Assembly (NCBI RefSeq): GCF_018977255.1 | Contig: NW_024704742.1 | Span: forward strand, 134,542,001 to 134,606,000 | Origin: Callorhinchus milii | Lineage: Eukaryota | Direction of reading: 5' to 3' | Length of the DNA stretch: 64,000 nucleotides | Shown: positions 23,816 through 36,410 of the stretch, piece by piece | Layout of the letters: each line of letters starts with the position of its first letter | How positions within the stretch are numbered: the stretch's first letter is position 1 | Position numbers and translations under genes: made by a program | The notes under the pieces: generated by a model | What the model was told of the DNA's origin: nothing | Seen by the model: only the letters and a program-made list of their open reading frames with translations | Database searches by the model: none

Positions 23816-26179
23816 CCTGCCTCTCTGCACTCCATCGTCCCACTAAACCTTGATGGTCAAGTGGATCACACACTTCTCTCCCCCTTCCCACCAGCCCCAC
23901 TATAGGAGAAAGTGAAGAAGAAAGTTTCAAATAAAAGTCCCGAAAACACCAAGCGTCATTTTCATTGCGGCATCAAGCATAAAACAGTCACTACATTTGC
24001 CAGTTGTTACTGTAAGAGGCCCTGCGTCGTATTCCGCCAATTTAAGTGCTCCGAGACTCCACCCTGCATGACAGGTGCTGTATAAATGCACGTTGTTGTT
24101 GTTCTTGCATCTTGATAAAGTGCACTAAAATGCAGTTCTTGCTACAAGTGACATGAGTGATGTGTTTATACAAATGGGGAAGGAGAAAGAATTCCTAACT
24201 CTACTTTCATAGAAGTAAAGGTCTGTCTTCCAAAAATACTGTCCTGTCTGTTACTATTTGTTGCGAACATAAACGTACTGCCTTCCTGAACCTACAGTAA
24301 ACGCCTGATAACTCAACCTTGGCTTAACTCATAATAATAAATAATAATCCTTGCATTTGATATAGCACTTTTCACGTCTTCTCGAGGTCTCAAAGCGCTT
24401 CACAGAATACACTGTAAAGTGAACTGACTGTATATTTGCATTATATATTTGCGTTCGCCCACAAATATACAGTCAATTCACTTTACAGTGTGTTCTGTGA
24501 AGCGCTTTGGGACGTCCTCCCGACGTGAAAAGCGCTATATCAAATGCAAGGATTATTATTATTATTTGTGGGCGAAACTTATCACAACCACTCAAGTCAA
24601 AAATATAATGCAAATATAGTCAGTATCCCAGCCATGTTTATTTATGCATTTTCCTGGGACTGACGAGTTATCAAAAGTTTACTGTATCTAAATATAGAAA
24701 GTAATCGGAAGAATCGCTGAATGATGTGATTCGCAATCCAGATTTTGTTTCCTTCAAATATGCAGAAGGCTCCCAGTTTCACCGCAATGAATTCCAGAAA
24801 CGATTAACTGGATTTCAACCAAAGGGAAACCTTGACCTGCACTGGGATTTCTGACTTCTTCTCTTCCCACTCCCCATCTTCACAGCGCTAAAATGCTTCA
24901 CTACTTCATTATTTACGCACAACCTGATGTGCCAAATGCATGATCTTAAGATAAAAAAAACAGGCAAGTTTACACCAAGGCTATTTGTTTGGAAGGTTTG
25001 AACCACATTCTCCTAAAACAGTCACGATGTGCCTTTATGATGACACCAAGTGCACTAATAAAATCAGATTACAATATCCGCCCACCACCATGTGTGTTGG
25101 TGGAGACTAAGACCGTTTTTTTTAATGGGATTTCCACAATACTCTTTTGCCCAGTTCCTGCTTGCCTCCTGGAGAGACAGATTGTCTGAACGCTCATTTC
25201 TCTTTCGTACTTTCTTTTAAAAAAAAGCAATCACGCAAAAAAAAATTCTGCGCTGCTTTTTTTTAAAAAAAAATGAATGCCAGCGGTTGATAAGGGGAAG
25301 GAAAACCTTTCACTTGGGTGAGAAAATGAGACAGCTTTTTTTTTCAAACCACGACTGTTTGTGATTTGTGCCAAGTTTCACCTACAAAATACACAGTCAA
25401 TTATAATATAATCTGTGAAGCGCTTTGAGATGTCTCAACCTAATAAGGCGTTATATCAAATGCATGGATTATTATTACTATTATTATGAATACTTATAAA
25501 ATCCCCATTTGTTTCCCCGAAAATCTGCTCCGACTCCCCTTCCTACTACCTCCTTCTCCCAAGAGAAGGAGAATGGGAACAAAATAAAAAATTAAAATGA
25601 GTAACCGCTACGTGTCAATTTGTTCCTCTCTGGGACAGTTCTTGCGATCAATCCACCGCGGTTGATCGCACATTAAAAACCCCGCACCCGCCATCCATCG
25701 CCACTTTTGCTCTATAAGCTGCGCCTGGAAAAACAAGAGACACAGACTTTCCAACTGCTCCCCCCCCACTTCTTCTCACTCCAAACGCTTCAAAAGAAAC
25801 GCGCAACACTTTTTTGCTCGACCGTTATTGTTGGCCATCATAAAACAGGACTGGGGAGTCAAAGCAAACAAGGAGCAGGAAGGCAGCTATTGTATAAATC
25901 CCTGCAATTGCCTCCCGGGTTCGCACACAAAATACAGTCAATCCACTTTACAGTACATCCTGTGAAGTGCTTTGAGACTACTAAACAATGCGATATGGCG
26001 TGAATGTAAGGATTATCGCGATTAATACTATTGTTATTGATGCTGAACAGTGAAAGGGATGAGAGCCCTGAAATCGCACCCTGAGAGAAAGGGGGGGGTT
26101 ACAAATTGACACATAGCAGTTACCCGTTTTAATTTCTCTCCCAAGAAAAGAGAAGAGGTGGTGGGTGGGGGGGGGAGGA

Positions 26180-26450
26180 GGAGTAAGAGATCTGCGGCGA
26201 CAGGAAAGGGAATTGTTTATACATATATTCAGATAAAGCTATTTCTCACTGCTTCGCCCGAGAGTAAAGCTTTCCTGTCCGCCAACCGCCGGAGTCGGGC
26301 GACCGCATACCTTCGCCCGACATAACCGACCACCACCAGCAACCGCGAGCCTCGCGCTTGACAGCGCGCCCGACCGCGCCGTCGAGACGTCTCGAGGCGC
26401 CCGGCGGAAGACCCACGGGGGGTGGATCGGCGGGTGGGCGTGTTTGGGGT
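26180..26450. promoter_or_regulatory. Intronic tail of the CpG island
   Basis: CpG-rich unique sequence just beyond the G-rich minisatellite. Confidence 0.5.
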
Positions 26451-26489
26451 GGGCAGAGAGAGAGAGAGAGAGAGAAGGGCAAGGGGTGG

Positions 26490-27480
26490 GGTGGGGGGTG
26501 GGGTGGGGGGGCTTTTGAGAGATGGGGTCTGGGGGTGGGGTGGTGGGGGGGGGGGAGGCTTTTGAGAGATGGGGTCTGGGGGTGGGGTGGTGGGGGGTGG
26601 GGGGGGCTTTTGAGAGATGGGGTCTGGGGTGGGGTGGTGGGGGGGGGGAGGCTTTTGAGAGATGGGGTCTGGGGGTGGGGGGGTGGGGGGGGGGAGGCTT
26701 TTGAGAGATGGGGTCTGGGGGTGGGGTGGTGGGGGGGGGGAGGCTTTTGAGAGATGGGGTCTGGGGGTGGGGTGGTGGGGGGAGGCTTTTGAGAGATGGG
26801 GTCTGGGGTGGGGTGGGGGGGGGAGGCTTTTGAGAGATGGGGTCTGGGGGTGGGGTGGTGGTGGGGGGGGCTTTTGAGAGATGGGGTCTGGGGGTGGGGT
26901 GGGGGGAGGCTTTTGAGAGATGGGGTCTGGGGGTGGGGTGGTGGTGGGGGGGGCTTTTGAGAGATGGGGTCTGGGGGTGGGGGGGTGGGGGGGGAGGCTT
27001 TTGAGAGATGGGGTCTGGGGGTGGGGGTGGTGGTGGGGGGGAGGCTTTTGAGAGATGGGGTCTGGGGGTGGGGTGGGGGGAGGCTTTTGAGAGATGGGGT
27101 CTGGGGGGGGGTGGTGGGGGGGGGGAGGCTTTTGAGAGATGGGGTCTGGGGGTGGGGTGGTGGGGGGGGGGAGGCTTTTGAGAGATGGGGTCTGGGGGTG
27201 GGGGGGGGGAGGCTTTTGAGAGATGGGGTCTGGGGGGGGGTGGTGGGGGGGGGGGAGGCTTTTGAGAGATGGGGTCTGGGGGGGTGGTGGGGGGGGGGAG
27301 GCTTTTGAGAGATGGGGGTGGGGGTGGTGGGGGTGGGGGGGAGGCTTTTGAGAGATGGGGTCTGGGGGTGGGGGGGTGGGGGGGGGGGAGGCTTTTGAGA
27401 GATGGGGTCTGGGGGTGGGGGGGTGGTGGGGGGGAGGCTTTTGAGAGATGGGGTCTGGGGGTGGGGGGGGTGGGGGGGAG
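26490..27480. repeat. G-rich minisatellite, ~22 copies of a ~40-48 bp unit
   Basis: Near-invariant core GGCTTTTGAGAGATGGGGTCTGGGG followed by variable G/GGT runs. Confidence 0.97.
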
Positions 27481-27535
27481 GGAGAGGGCCATCAATAAAT
27501 AGATAAATAAATAAACATCACCGCTTTTTACTCAC

Positions 27536-27580
27536 TTCATCTTCTGAAAGTCCGTAGATGGGCTCGTTGTGGGTCGCCAT
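27536..27580 (-). CDS. NEDD4L: First coding exon of NEDD4-like E3 ubiquitin ligase (C2-domain isoform N-terminus)
   Basis: Minus strand reads ATG GCG ACC CAC AAC GAG CCC ATC TAC GGA CTT TCA GAA GAT GAA | GTGAGT = MATHNEPIYGLSEDE, then a phase-0 donor. From memory, human NEDD4L begins MATGLGEPVYGLSEDE with exon 1 ending at the same residue; the paralogue NEDD4 (MATCAVEVFGLLEDE) fits less well. The exon lies next to a CpG island. Confidence 0.87.
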
Positions 27581-28090
27581 AGGGGAGAGAGGAGAGAGAG
27601 AGAGAGAGAGAGAAGGGGAGAGAGGGAGAGAGGGAAGGAAGGAAGGAAGGAAGGAGGGAGAGAGAGAGAGAGGAGGAGGGGGAGAAAGGGGGGAAAAGTG
27701 CTCGAACAATAAAACACCTTCTTCCTTCAGGAATATCCCCCTTTTCCTTCCCCCACTCACCCCAGAGGGAGGGAGGGAGGGAGGAGGGGAAAGAGAGGGG
27801 GAGAGAGAGAGAAGAGAGAGAAAAAAAAACCCCACAATTGTCTTCTTCGCAGAGAGAGAGAGAGAAGAGAGAAAGAGAAAGAAAAACCCACTGTGTTTTT
27901 TTTGGATTGATAGGGACCGATTATATATGTGTGTGTGTGTGTGTGTGTGCGCTTTGAGGACAAATAATGAGGGAGAAAAAGAAGAGGGAGGGAAGGAGGG
28001 AGAGAGGGAGAGAGAGAAAGAGAGACAGATAGAGAGAGAGAGAGAGAGATCTTTGTGCACAGAGTCCACTCTCCTCTTCAGCTGAGGGAA
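27581..28090 (-). other. NEDD4L: Probable pyrimidine-rich 5' UTR of NEDD4L exon 1
   Basis: Lies between the promoter motifs and the ATG. Contains (CT)n, (CTTC)n and (CA)n runs on the sense strand, and no upstream ATG seen. The TSS is not determinable from sequence. Confidence 0.5.
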
Positions 28091-28400
28091 CCCCCTGCAC
28101 ATGCGCACTCGCGTCCCCCCTCCCCACCCGCACCCCTCAACCTACCCCGCGGCCCCTCCCCCTCCCCGCCGCCGCCGCCGCCAGATTGACAGACAGCCGG
28201 CGGCGCCCAATCAGCGGCGCCCTTTCAGCCGGACAATGATAAGGGGGCGGGCGGCTCGGACCAATCGGCTGCGCGGAAGGTGGCGACGCGAAGGGCGATA
28301 GGTCGGTCGGAGGGCGGGATCGGCCAGCGACCAGCACTCTAGGTTGCGCGCCCCCCCCTCGCCCCGCCCCCCGGCCCCTCCCCCTTCCCCTCCACCCACT
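28090..28400 (-). promoter_or_regulatory. CpG-island core promoter of NEDD4L
   Basis: CpG-dense. NRF1-like TGCACATGCGCA at 28096-28107, CCAAT boxes at 28207 and 28261, GC boxes (GGGGCGGG ~28244, GGGCGGG ~28312, CCCCGCCCC ~28362), and (GCC)n at ~28167. Confidence 0.75.
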
Positions 28401-28719
28401 CCTCCTCCTGTGAGGTGGTTCCATGTTCGATTCCCCCCTCAATCCTGACCTCCTGATCATTGGGAATGCCAACCATTCCAGGCTATAAACGAGCTCATTC
28501 TTCCCCCCCCCCCCCCCCAAAAAAGGGACTTGTCTCACCACCCCCCCCTATTATTTATTTATTTATTATACATTTATTTATTTTTAAAAAAAATAAAAAA
28601 ATTAAAAATAATTTAAAAAAAAGGAAAATAACATAAAAGAAAGCGCAAATTTTTTTTCGGATTTTTTCCAAGCTTTGCGTTTTTATTTTCTGAGGTTTTC
28701 TTTTCTCTTTTTTCTTTTT

Positions 28720-29010
28720 TCTATTTCGGACCTCGGGCCGCGCTGACGCGATGACGTCCGGCCCCCCCCGGCCGCCTTTCGCGGCTCCGCTCGGAGGCGT
28801 CTCGGAGCGCGCTTTTTTTTTCTTTGAACGGAACGGGGCTTTTACCGTCAAGCGGAGTGACTGGCGTTCCGTACAGTCAGGTGGCGAACGCCCGTCGAGC
28901 AGTTTGGGCCCGGCAAAGCTGGCAGGGAAGGTTACGAGCTTGATCCGCCTCGAATTCTCTCTCCCTCTCTCTCTCTCTCGCTCGCTCGTTCTGGGTAATG
29001 TCTGAAGCCG
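28720..29010. promoter_or_regulatory. Second CpG-rich block of the promoter
   Basis: CpG-dense with tandem CRE-like half sites TGACGcgaTGACGTC at 28744-28758. It is separated from the core promoter by poly-C and an A/T-rich tract. Confidence 0.55.
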
Positions 29011-32000
29011 GCTTCCTAAAGCGAGTTCAGTATTCAAATAAACATCGAAACCTCCTCCCCTTTCCACAAACACACACACACACCTTTTTTGGTAAATGCG
29101 GTTTCATTGCCTAATTGCATCCTTCCTGCTGCCCGGCCATTCAAGGCGGCCAATGGAAATAAATAAAGCCATTCTCATTTAAGAGTGAGATGACGTCTCA
29201 TTCCTATCCACTGTAGAATCTATGTTTTAATAATCCCCGCGTTTTGCGAGCAGTTTTATCACCTCGTTGAAACGTCCCAAAACCCGTCCACCGGTTTTAC
29301 TGCATCAGGCGGTGCAAACAGTCACACCACTTTGCCACGTGTATTGTGAAGCGCTTTGAGATGTCTTGACGAAGTGATAAGGCTCTATGTCAAATGCAAG
29401 GATTGTTTATTATTTTTATCCTCACATTTGATACAGTGCCTATATACTATACACTCAAATCACTTCACAAAAATTCTGTGAAGTGTAGTGACTGTGCATT
29501 TGTAGACAAACACAGCAGCCAATTTGCACACAGTAATGTATTTTTACGGGGAGGGATTGTTGGCCAAGACATGAGGAGAAACTCATTTGTTTGGGGGATT
29601 TATGCTGTGGAATTTTTAACATCCTGCCAAACCAGGCGGACAGTATCTCAGTTTAATGTCTCATATAGAGGCCGGGTACCTTTGACAATGCAATGCACCA
29701 AGTACAGCATTGGCAGTAGCCTACATTATGACTTCAAAAAAACAATGTGGAGCTTGAATCTTCTGACTCAGCGCTGACTTCTGAGAGTGCTACCATCTAA
29801 GTAAGGCAGCTAGACACTGTATATCGGTGGTTGGTTGGAAGGGGAAGAATTTAAGATTAGATTTCAACTGATGGGAGTCACTATCATTGGCGACAGAGGA
29901 CAGATTCCCATAGGATTTTCCAGACAATGCGATTTACACAGCAGCGCCTTTCCATCCGCAGGGAGTAGGGGGAATGTCTGACAGTGCTGTCTGGGCATCC
30001 ATAATAACATAAGAATTTGCGAGGCAAAAGAAGACCAATGTCCATCCAGTTCGCCTTCCACCATCCTGACAATCGCGTGACATATCGCTTGTTAGTCGAT
30101 TGGCGGATCATTGTCCGGGTATAATAATTCTTTCCATAAAAAAATAATAATAATAATAATTTGGTCACTCAATCCACGACTGCCGGGTTTCGCTCACAAA
30201 ATATGCAGCCAATTCGCTTTACAGTATATCCTCTGAAACGTTTTGAGATGTCTCGAAGATGTGATAAGGCGCTATACCAAATGCAAGGACTATTATTATT
30301 ATAACATCCCTAAACACTTTACAGTAAATACTGTAATTGTTGTATTTGATTTAGTGCCGATAAAATATGCACAACCATAGCACTTTATTGTTTGATATCC
30401 TGTGAAGCACTTTGAGGCATCTCAATAACATGATAAGGCCTATATTAAATGCAAGAATGTATTATTATATGGTGTCAAAGCATCCGAAAACATAACACAA
30501 TTAAGTGCTGCCAAGCCTAGTATTTGTATTTTTACAGGCAAATGTGACAGCGAATTTGTTGACAGCAATGTCCAATAAACAACCATGAAGTGAATGGTCA
30601 ATTAATCTGGGGTGCCCAGTGTGAAGTCCCATCACTTTTAGAATAGCATCAAGAGATGGCTTTCACGTGGTCTAAAAACAAGCAGTTTAGTATATTTTCT
30701 GAAGGTCAAGACCTTCAACTATGTAGTGCTTCCCCCAGCACTCTGCTGGACTATCAACCTTGACTCTGAGCTCATGTTTCAATTGGAGCCCATAACCTTT
30801 TGATCCTGAATCAAGAGGAATACCAACTGAGTCACCAACAACAACAACTTGCATTTATACCACTTTTGGCGGCTAAGCTATCAGCCATTACGTCCTGAAC
30901 TTTGGAACTCTCAACACCAACAACTTGCATTTATTTTAGTGCCCTTCACCTGGGGCAACGTCTCGGAGTATTAACAGTAGCAGAGCTTGAAGCCGAGCTG
31001 GGAGGAGGGAGGAGGTGACCGTAAGCACGGTTGAAGAGGAAGGTCCTCAGTCGTGATCTAAAATAGGGGAGAGGGGCCGACAAGGTGGAGGGATTGGGAG
31101 AGAGTTCCAAAGCTTCGGACATAGTGGCTGAAAGCGTGGCCTCCCTCCCTCAATCCCTCTGCCTTGCCCCCTCCTTCCCCATCTTCAGGTCATGCCTGAA
31201 GACCTTTGTCTTTGACAGTGCTTACGGTCACTTAGGGTGATGTAAAGCACTCTGGGACACTAACCTGTGAGCGGGGCGCTATATAAATGCAAGTTGTTGT
31301 TGCTTATATGGTATCTATCAAGCAAAAGGAGTTTCTCCCCATGACCTAGCAAACAAGCCTCATTCACCTCATGGCTATTTGTGGGACACTGTTGCGCACA
31401 AATCAGCTTCTGTGTTCACCCACAAAACACACAGTCATTTCACCTTGCAACATATTCTGTAAATGCCTTACTAATGTCCTCCCAATGCAAGGTGAAAGGC
31501 GCTATATCAGATGTAAGAATTATTAACATTATTCACGTAAGATTATGTCTCAGGGCATTTCATCAGATGCTGAACAAGAGAGAAGGGGAAGGGTGAGGGG
31601 GGACCATAAATATGGAGGAAGAGGTAATTTTTCAGGCAGGATTTCAAGAGAGGATGAGATGGAAGGGTAGAGGGACAGGGATCCAAAGCTTAGTGGCACA
31701 ATATTTTCCAGAATGGGTCCAGAAGGAAATGTTTGATGGACTGCACATGCAGTATTGCTGTACACTGATGAATGCAAAGTCCCAGCACTTTGGTTCTCTT
31801 CATTAGGAGAGGCAGAAACTTGTAGGATCAACAACAACTTGCAGTTGAAATGGCATCTTGTAGCGTTCAGATCATTGCAGTCCATCAACGGAAACAAAGG
31901 TTATTGCAAGGACGGCCTTTCAAATCAAAAAGCAAACAAAGCTTTGCTTTTTGATTTGGTGTTAGCGCAATAATAAAATCCTCACATTTGATATAGCGCC

Positions 32001-32724
32001 TTTCATTTCAGGAGGACGTCTCAAAGAGCTTCACAAGATTTACTCTAAATTGGAATGACTGTGTATTTTGTACGTGAACTAAAAAATATTTTAATTTAAA
32101 AGTAAAACTGTGCTTCCTCTCCTTCTCCCTCTTTCTACTTTCTGCCAATGTCATGGCCACAATTCCCCAGATAAAATTGGTCACTTACTCCGTGGCTGTT
32201 TGTTTCTGTACTGTGAGTAAATTGGCTGTTGCATTCGCCTGCCAAATGCAATGTCACTGCAGTAAAATCCTCTGAAGCTCTTTGAAATGCTTCAACATTG
32301 TGATGAGGTGCTATATCAAATGCGTGGATTATTACAATTATTGTGTGACACCAGCTCTTTGTATTAAAAAAGTTAATCTTCCTAGTTTCTCCTGGTGACC
32401 TGGCTAGCAAATCCCCCAGAAAAAATTGGTCATTCACTTCATGGTTGTTTCTGGGACATTGCTATGCGTAAATTGACTGCTGAGTTTCACCCACAAACCA
32501 CACAGTCAGTGCAATTTACAGTATATCCTGGTATGCACTTTGGAATGTCCTACTGATCTGAATGGCACTCTATCAAATGCAAGGATTATTATTATCACTA
32601 TTAATAAAAATGATCACATCACATACCACTTTTTTCATTCATAGGAACACAGAAACACAAGGAGAACAATCTTTTGGAGAAGTAGAAGTTCAGTGTGCTC
32701 TTTCTGTTGTTTAGATCAGGCAGA

Positions 32725-33447
32725 TAATAATAATACTAATAAAATTAATCCTTGCATTTGACATAGCGCCTTATAACATCAGTGAGACGTCTCAAAGCGC
32801 TTCTCAGAATATACTGTAAATTGCATTGACTGTATATTTTGTGGGCGAAATGCTATAGCCAATTGCACACAGCAATGTCCCACAAACAGTCGTGAATTGA
32901 GTAACTTAAATTTTTTGGAGGGATTATTATTCCTGGAAAGTGATCCATCAATCCTACTTACTGCTTGGTGAACAGAGGCGTATGGAGTAAGGAACCTATC
33001 CTAAGGTTTCGCCCTACCCAGGAATCAAACCTGGGTCCTCTTATTTAGGAGGCGAGAGCTCTAACCAGTTCCCTGCAGGAATCCATATTAAAGGATATGG
33101 TGAAATTTACCCTTTTCCTCCATACCCTTTAATCCAATAATAATCCTTGCATTTGGTATAGCGCTTTTCACGTCGGGAGGATGTCCCAAAGCGCTTCACA
33201 GAACACACTGTAAAGTGAATTGACTGTATATTTGTGGGTGAACGCGGCAGCCAATTACGCACAGCAATGTCCCACAAACAGTCGTAGATTGAAAATGACC
33301 AATTTAATTATTGTTTTTGGTTTTTGGAGGGATTATTATTAGGCGTGTAGAGTAAGGCAACTTGCCCAAGGTTTCGCCCTGCCTTGAATTGAACTCAGGT
33401 CTCTCGCTTGCAAAGCGAGTGCTCTAACCACTGAGCTACAGGACTCC
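32725..33447 (-). mobile_element. Two tandem tRNA(Ala)-SINEs: long form (~32725-33085) and short form (~33137-33447)
   Basis: Both are reverse-complement head-to-tail copies. Confidence 0.87.
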
Positions 33448-33568
33448 TCAATAACAATATTTGCATCAAATGCAAGTATTGTTATTATTATTATATTGAT
33501 GACAATAAGAACATTCAGTATAAAATTCAGTATAAAATTCCCCTTTCTCAAACAAGACTTCCTTTTAT

Positions 33569-33694
33569 GAGTCACTAACAACTGGTAGTAAGCATGTACG
33601 TGTGTTAACTTGGCTCAGTTGGTAGCATTTTGGAGTCACTAACAACTGGTAGTAAGCATGTACGTGTGTTAACTTGGCTCAGTTGGCAGCATTT
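33569..33694. repeat. 64-bp tandem duplication
   Basis: GAGTCACTAACAACTGGTAG...GCATTTT occurs at 33569 and again at 33633. Confidence 0.92.
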
Positions 33695-35674
33695 TTGCCT
33701 CCCGTACAGTGTTGGGGCAGCCCTGCACTGTGGGAATTGTTGTCCTTCTGATGAAACGTTCAACCGAGGTCTCGTCTGCTTGTTTGGGTGGATGTTAAAG
33801 AACTCGTCATATTATTATAAACAGAAGCGAATTTCTCCTGTTGAGCTGGCCAAAACCCTCCAGTTAAAATTGTTTATTCACCATCCGAGTCTTTGTGGAA
33901 AACTATCATGCGTAACATTGACTGCTGTGTTCCCCTACAAATAGATGCTGCACTGGTCAGTAATTACTTTCTGACGTGATAATAATAATAATAATAATAA
34001 TAATCCTTGCATTTGATATAGCGCTTTTCACGTCGGGAGGACGTCCCAAAGCGCTTCATAGAACACACTGTAAAGTGAATTGACTGCATATTTTGTGGGC
34101 ATAACACAACAGCCAATTGCGCACAGCAGTGTCCCACAAACAGTCGTGGATTGAGTGAATATTGAGTGATTCTTAATCATTGATCAGGTATTCCACAATA
34201 TTCAGAAGACTATATTTCCCCTTTAACAGTCTTTTTGAAACACACTGTTTTGTGCTAAAGCTTTTTATTGTGACTCTGGCCTCCTGCTTGTCCCTCGTTC
34301 CCTCTGCTCCACCATCAGCGGCTGCACTTTCAGCCACTATACCCCAAAGCTTTGGAACTCACAATCCTTCCACCTTGTCCCCTCTTTCCCTTATTTAGAT
34401 CATGACTGAAGACCTTCCTCTTCAACCGTGCTAACAGTCACCTCCTCCCTCCCCCGACTCAGCCTCAGGCTCCGCCACTGTTAACCGGTTTGAGACACTC
34501 CCCCTCGAAAACGATGCTATATAAATACAAATTGTTTATTGCTGCTATTTTATCACAGACTTTGTTTGCAGGCATTTACATGAGAGCAGTAAATACATCA
34601 ACTGTCTGGATATTGCCTTGAGCTACCACTCCCAGCTCAGGTAACCTGCCAGCATCGTCGAGTGCTTCGAGACGTCCTCCCGACATAATTAGACACTGCG
34701 TATAATGTGTATTTTGTGTTGTATCACTGTATAAACGCAAGTTGTTTTGGGCATGTGCAGTAGTACTCAAGCACAGACCACGTGAATCAACATGTTCCTC
34801 TGAATCATTTTCCCTTTTGTTATGTATAAGGTCACTCCAGTTGGATGAGTGCGATTGCGATGAAAAGATTCCCTTTTAGTTAATTCATCCTTTGTCAGGT
34901 GCTAATTAAAGCAGTAGTTAAAGGTGAATTTGGGCGCTGATTCCAGGATAGAAATAATTTTTCTGTTCATTACTGGAACAGGAAATAAAATCCAGTCCAA
35001 ACTTGCTGGAATGTCTATTTTTGCTATTAGCAGATAAGAGCTGATGGAATGAGGCGGCCAAGCATTTGTCATACATTTAACTCTCTTGTTTCAGACAGTC
35101 TGGTACACCACTTCCTCTTGATCTTGTCAATAGAATTATGGAAGCTCCCTACCCTACTTGAGTAGCGCTGTATAAATCCAAGTTGTTGTTGGAATCTTTT
35201 TCTTCTCAGTTGACCTGAGGCATCAGTCTGGCTTAGTTAGTACTGTTGCCCTCTCGCCTCCTGATCTGAAGGTTGTGGGCTCAAGCCCCATGTTGGGCCA
35301 TTGAGCCCACCCGATCTAGGCCAACCCTCCCATGCAGTGCTGGCTTGTTTGTGACCAATTTTATTTGGGGTATCGTTAGCCAGGGCACAGGGAGAAACTC
35401 TCTTCTCTTTTCAAATAGTGCCATGGGATCTTTAACACCCACCTGAACTCGCAGACAGGTCCTTGGTTTAACGTCTCATGAATTCAAAAGTCTGCTGCCT
35501 GTGTCCTCACTAAACTCTGCACCTCCCTCGCCCTGGTCCTTGCCAGACTCCACAAGTTCCCTACTGCAGACGGGATCAATTTCAAAATTCCTATCCGCTC
35601 CACCATCACATGTATATATATATATATATATATATATTTTGTGGAGCATTGTGTGTGGGGGTGGGCGGGGGGGA

Positions 35675-36035
35675 GAGTTCTGTCACGTATTGGTTAGAGA
35701 ACTTGCCTCACAAGCGAGAGGACCTGGTTTCGATTCCCAGGCGGGACGAAATATTAGACAGGTTTCTTACTCCTCACGTCTCTATTTACCTCTCAGTAAG
35801 TAGGAAACCGGGTTGTTAGTTGGTTGGTGGATTGTGTTTCCAGGAGTAATAATCCCTTAGAAAAATGTGCTTGCCAAATCCAGACTGTTTGTGGGACACT
35901 GCTGTGAGCAATTGGCTGCCACGTTTCATGCACAAAACCTAGTCAATTCACTTTACAGCATATTCTGTCAAGCGCTTTGAGACGCTTCGAAGACGTGATA
36001 AAGCACTCCATCAAATGCAAGGATTATTATTATTG
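35675..36035 (+). mobile_element. tRNA(Ala)-SINE, long form
   Basis: Diverged head, central block and tail. Confidence 0.8.
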
Positions 36036-36410
36036 TATTGTGCGGGGAGAACCCCCTGTGATATAAATCATGGCCTTTCGGAAATTGGAGTGAGTGAAAT
36101 AAGCAGAAATATCTTGTGTTGTAACATTACTGCCCATTTTGTTATACCTGTAGAAAGCAAAGTGTTTGATCTGGACACAGTGATTAAATTCAAGTGCACA
36201 AGGAAAATGTTCCTTTGTGTGATTGCTACGTGTTTGCTCCCCCTTGAGGCTGACTGTGTTTGACTGTACCACGTGCAAAAATACTGCTCCAGAGTTGTGA
36301 ACATATCACTTAACCTCAAATGCATTTGATGACTAAACAGCAAATTAAGGTATTAAGTACTGTATGTAAAGGATTTTACTTGTTTGACATCTGAGTCACA
36401 GCACAATGAT

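Larger units (their letters stand above)
1..27535 (-). other. NEDD4L: NEDD4L intron 1 (continues beyond the window start)
   Basis: Begins at donor GTGAGT (27535-27530). I found no exon-2-like peptide ([25 protein letters not shown]) in the window. The interval is filled with repeats. Confidence 0.7.

Noticed and set aside
26239..27495. 418-aa proline-rich ORF and overlapping G-rich ORFs
   Set aside because: Translation of the minisatellite.
27518..28108. 196-aa ORF as an N-terminally extended NEDD4L
   Set aside because: The upstream part is CT/CA microsatellite that lacks stops by composition. Only MATHNEPIYGLSEDE is homologous.
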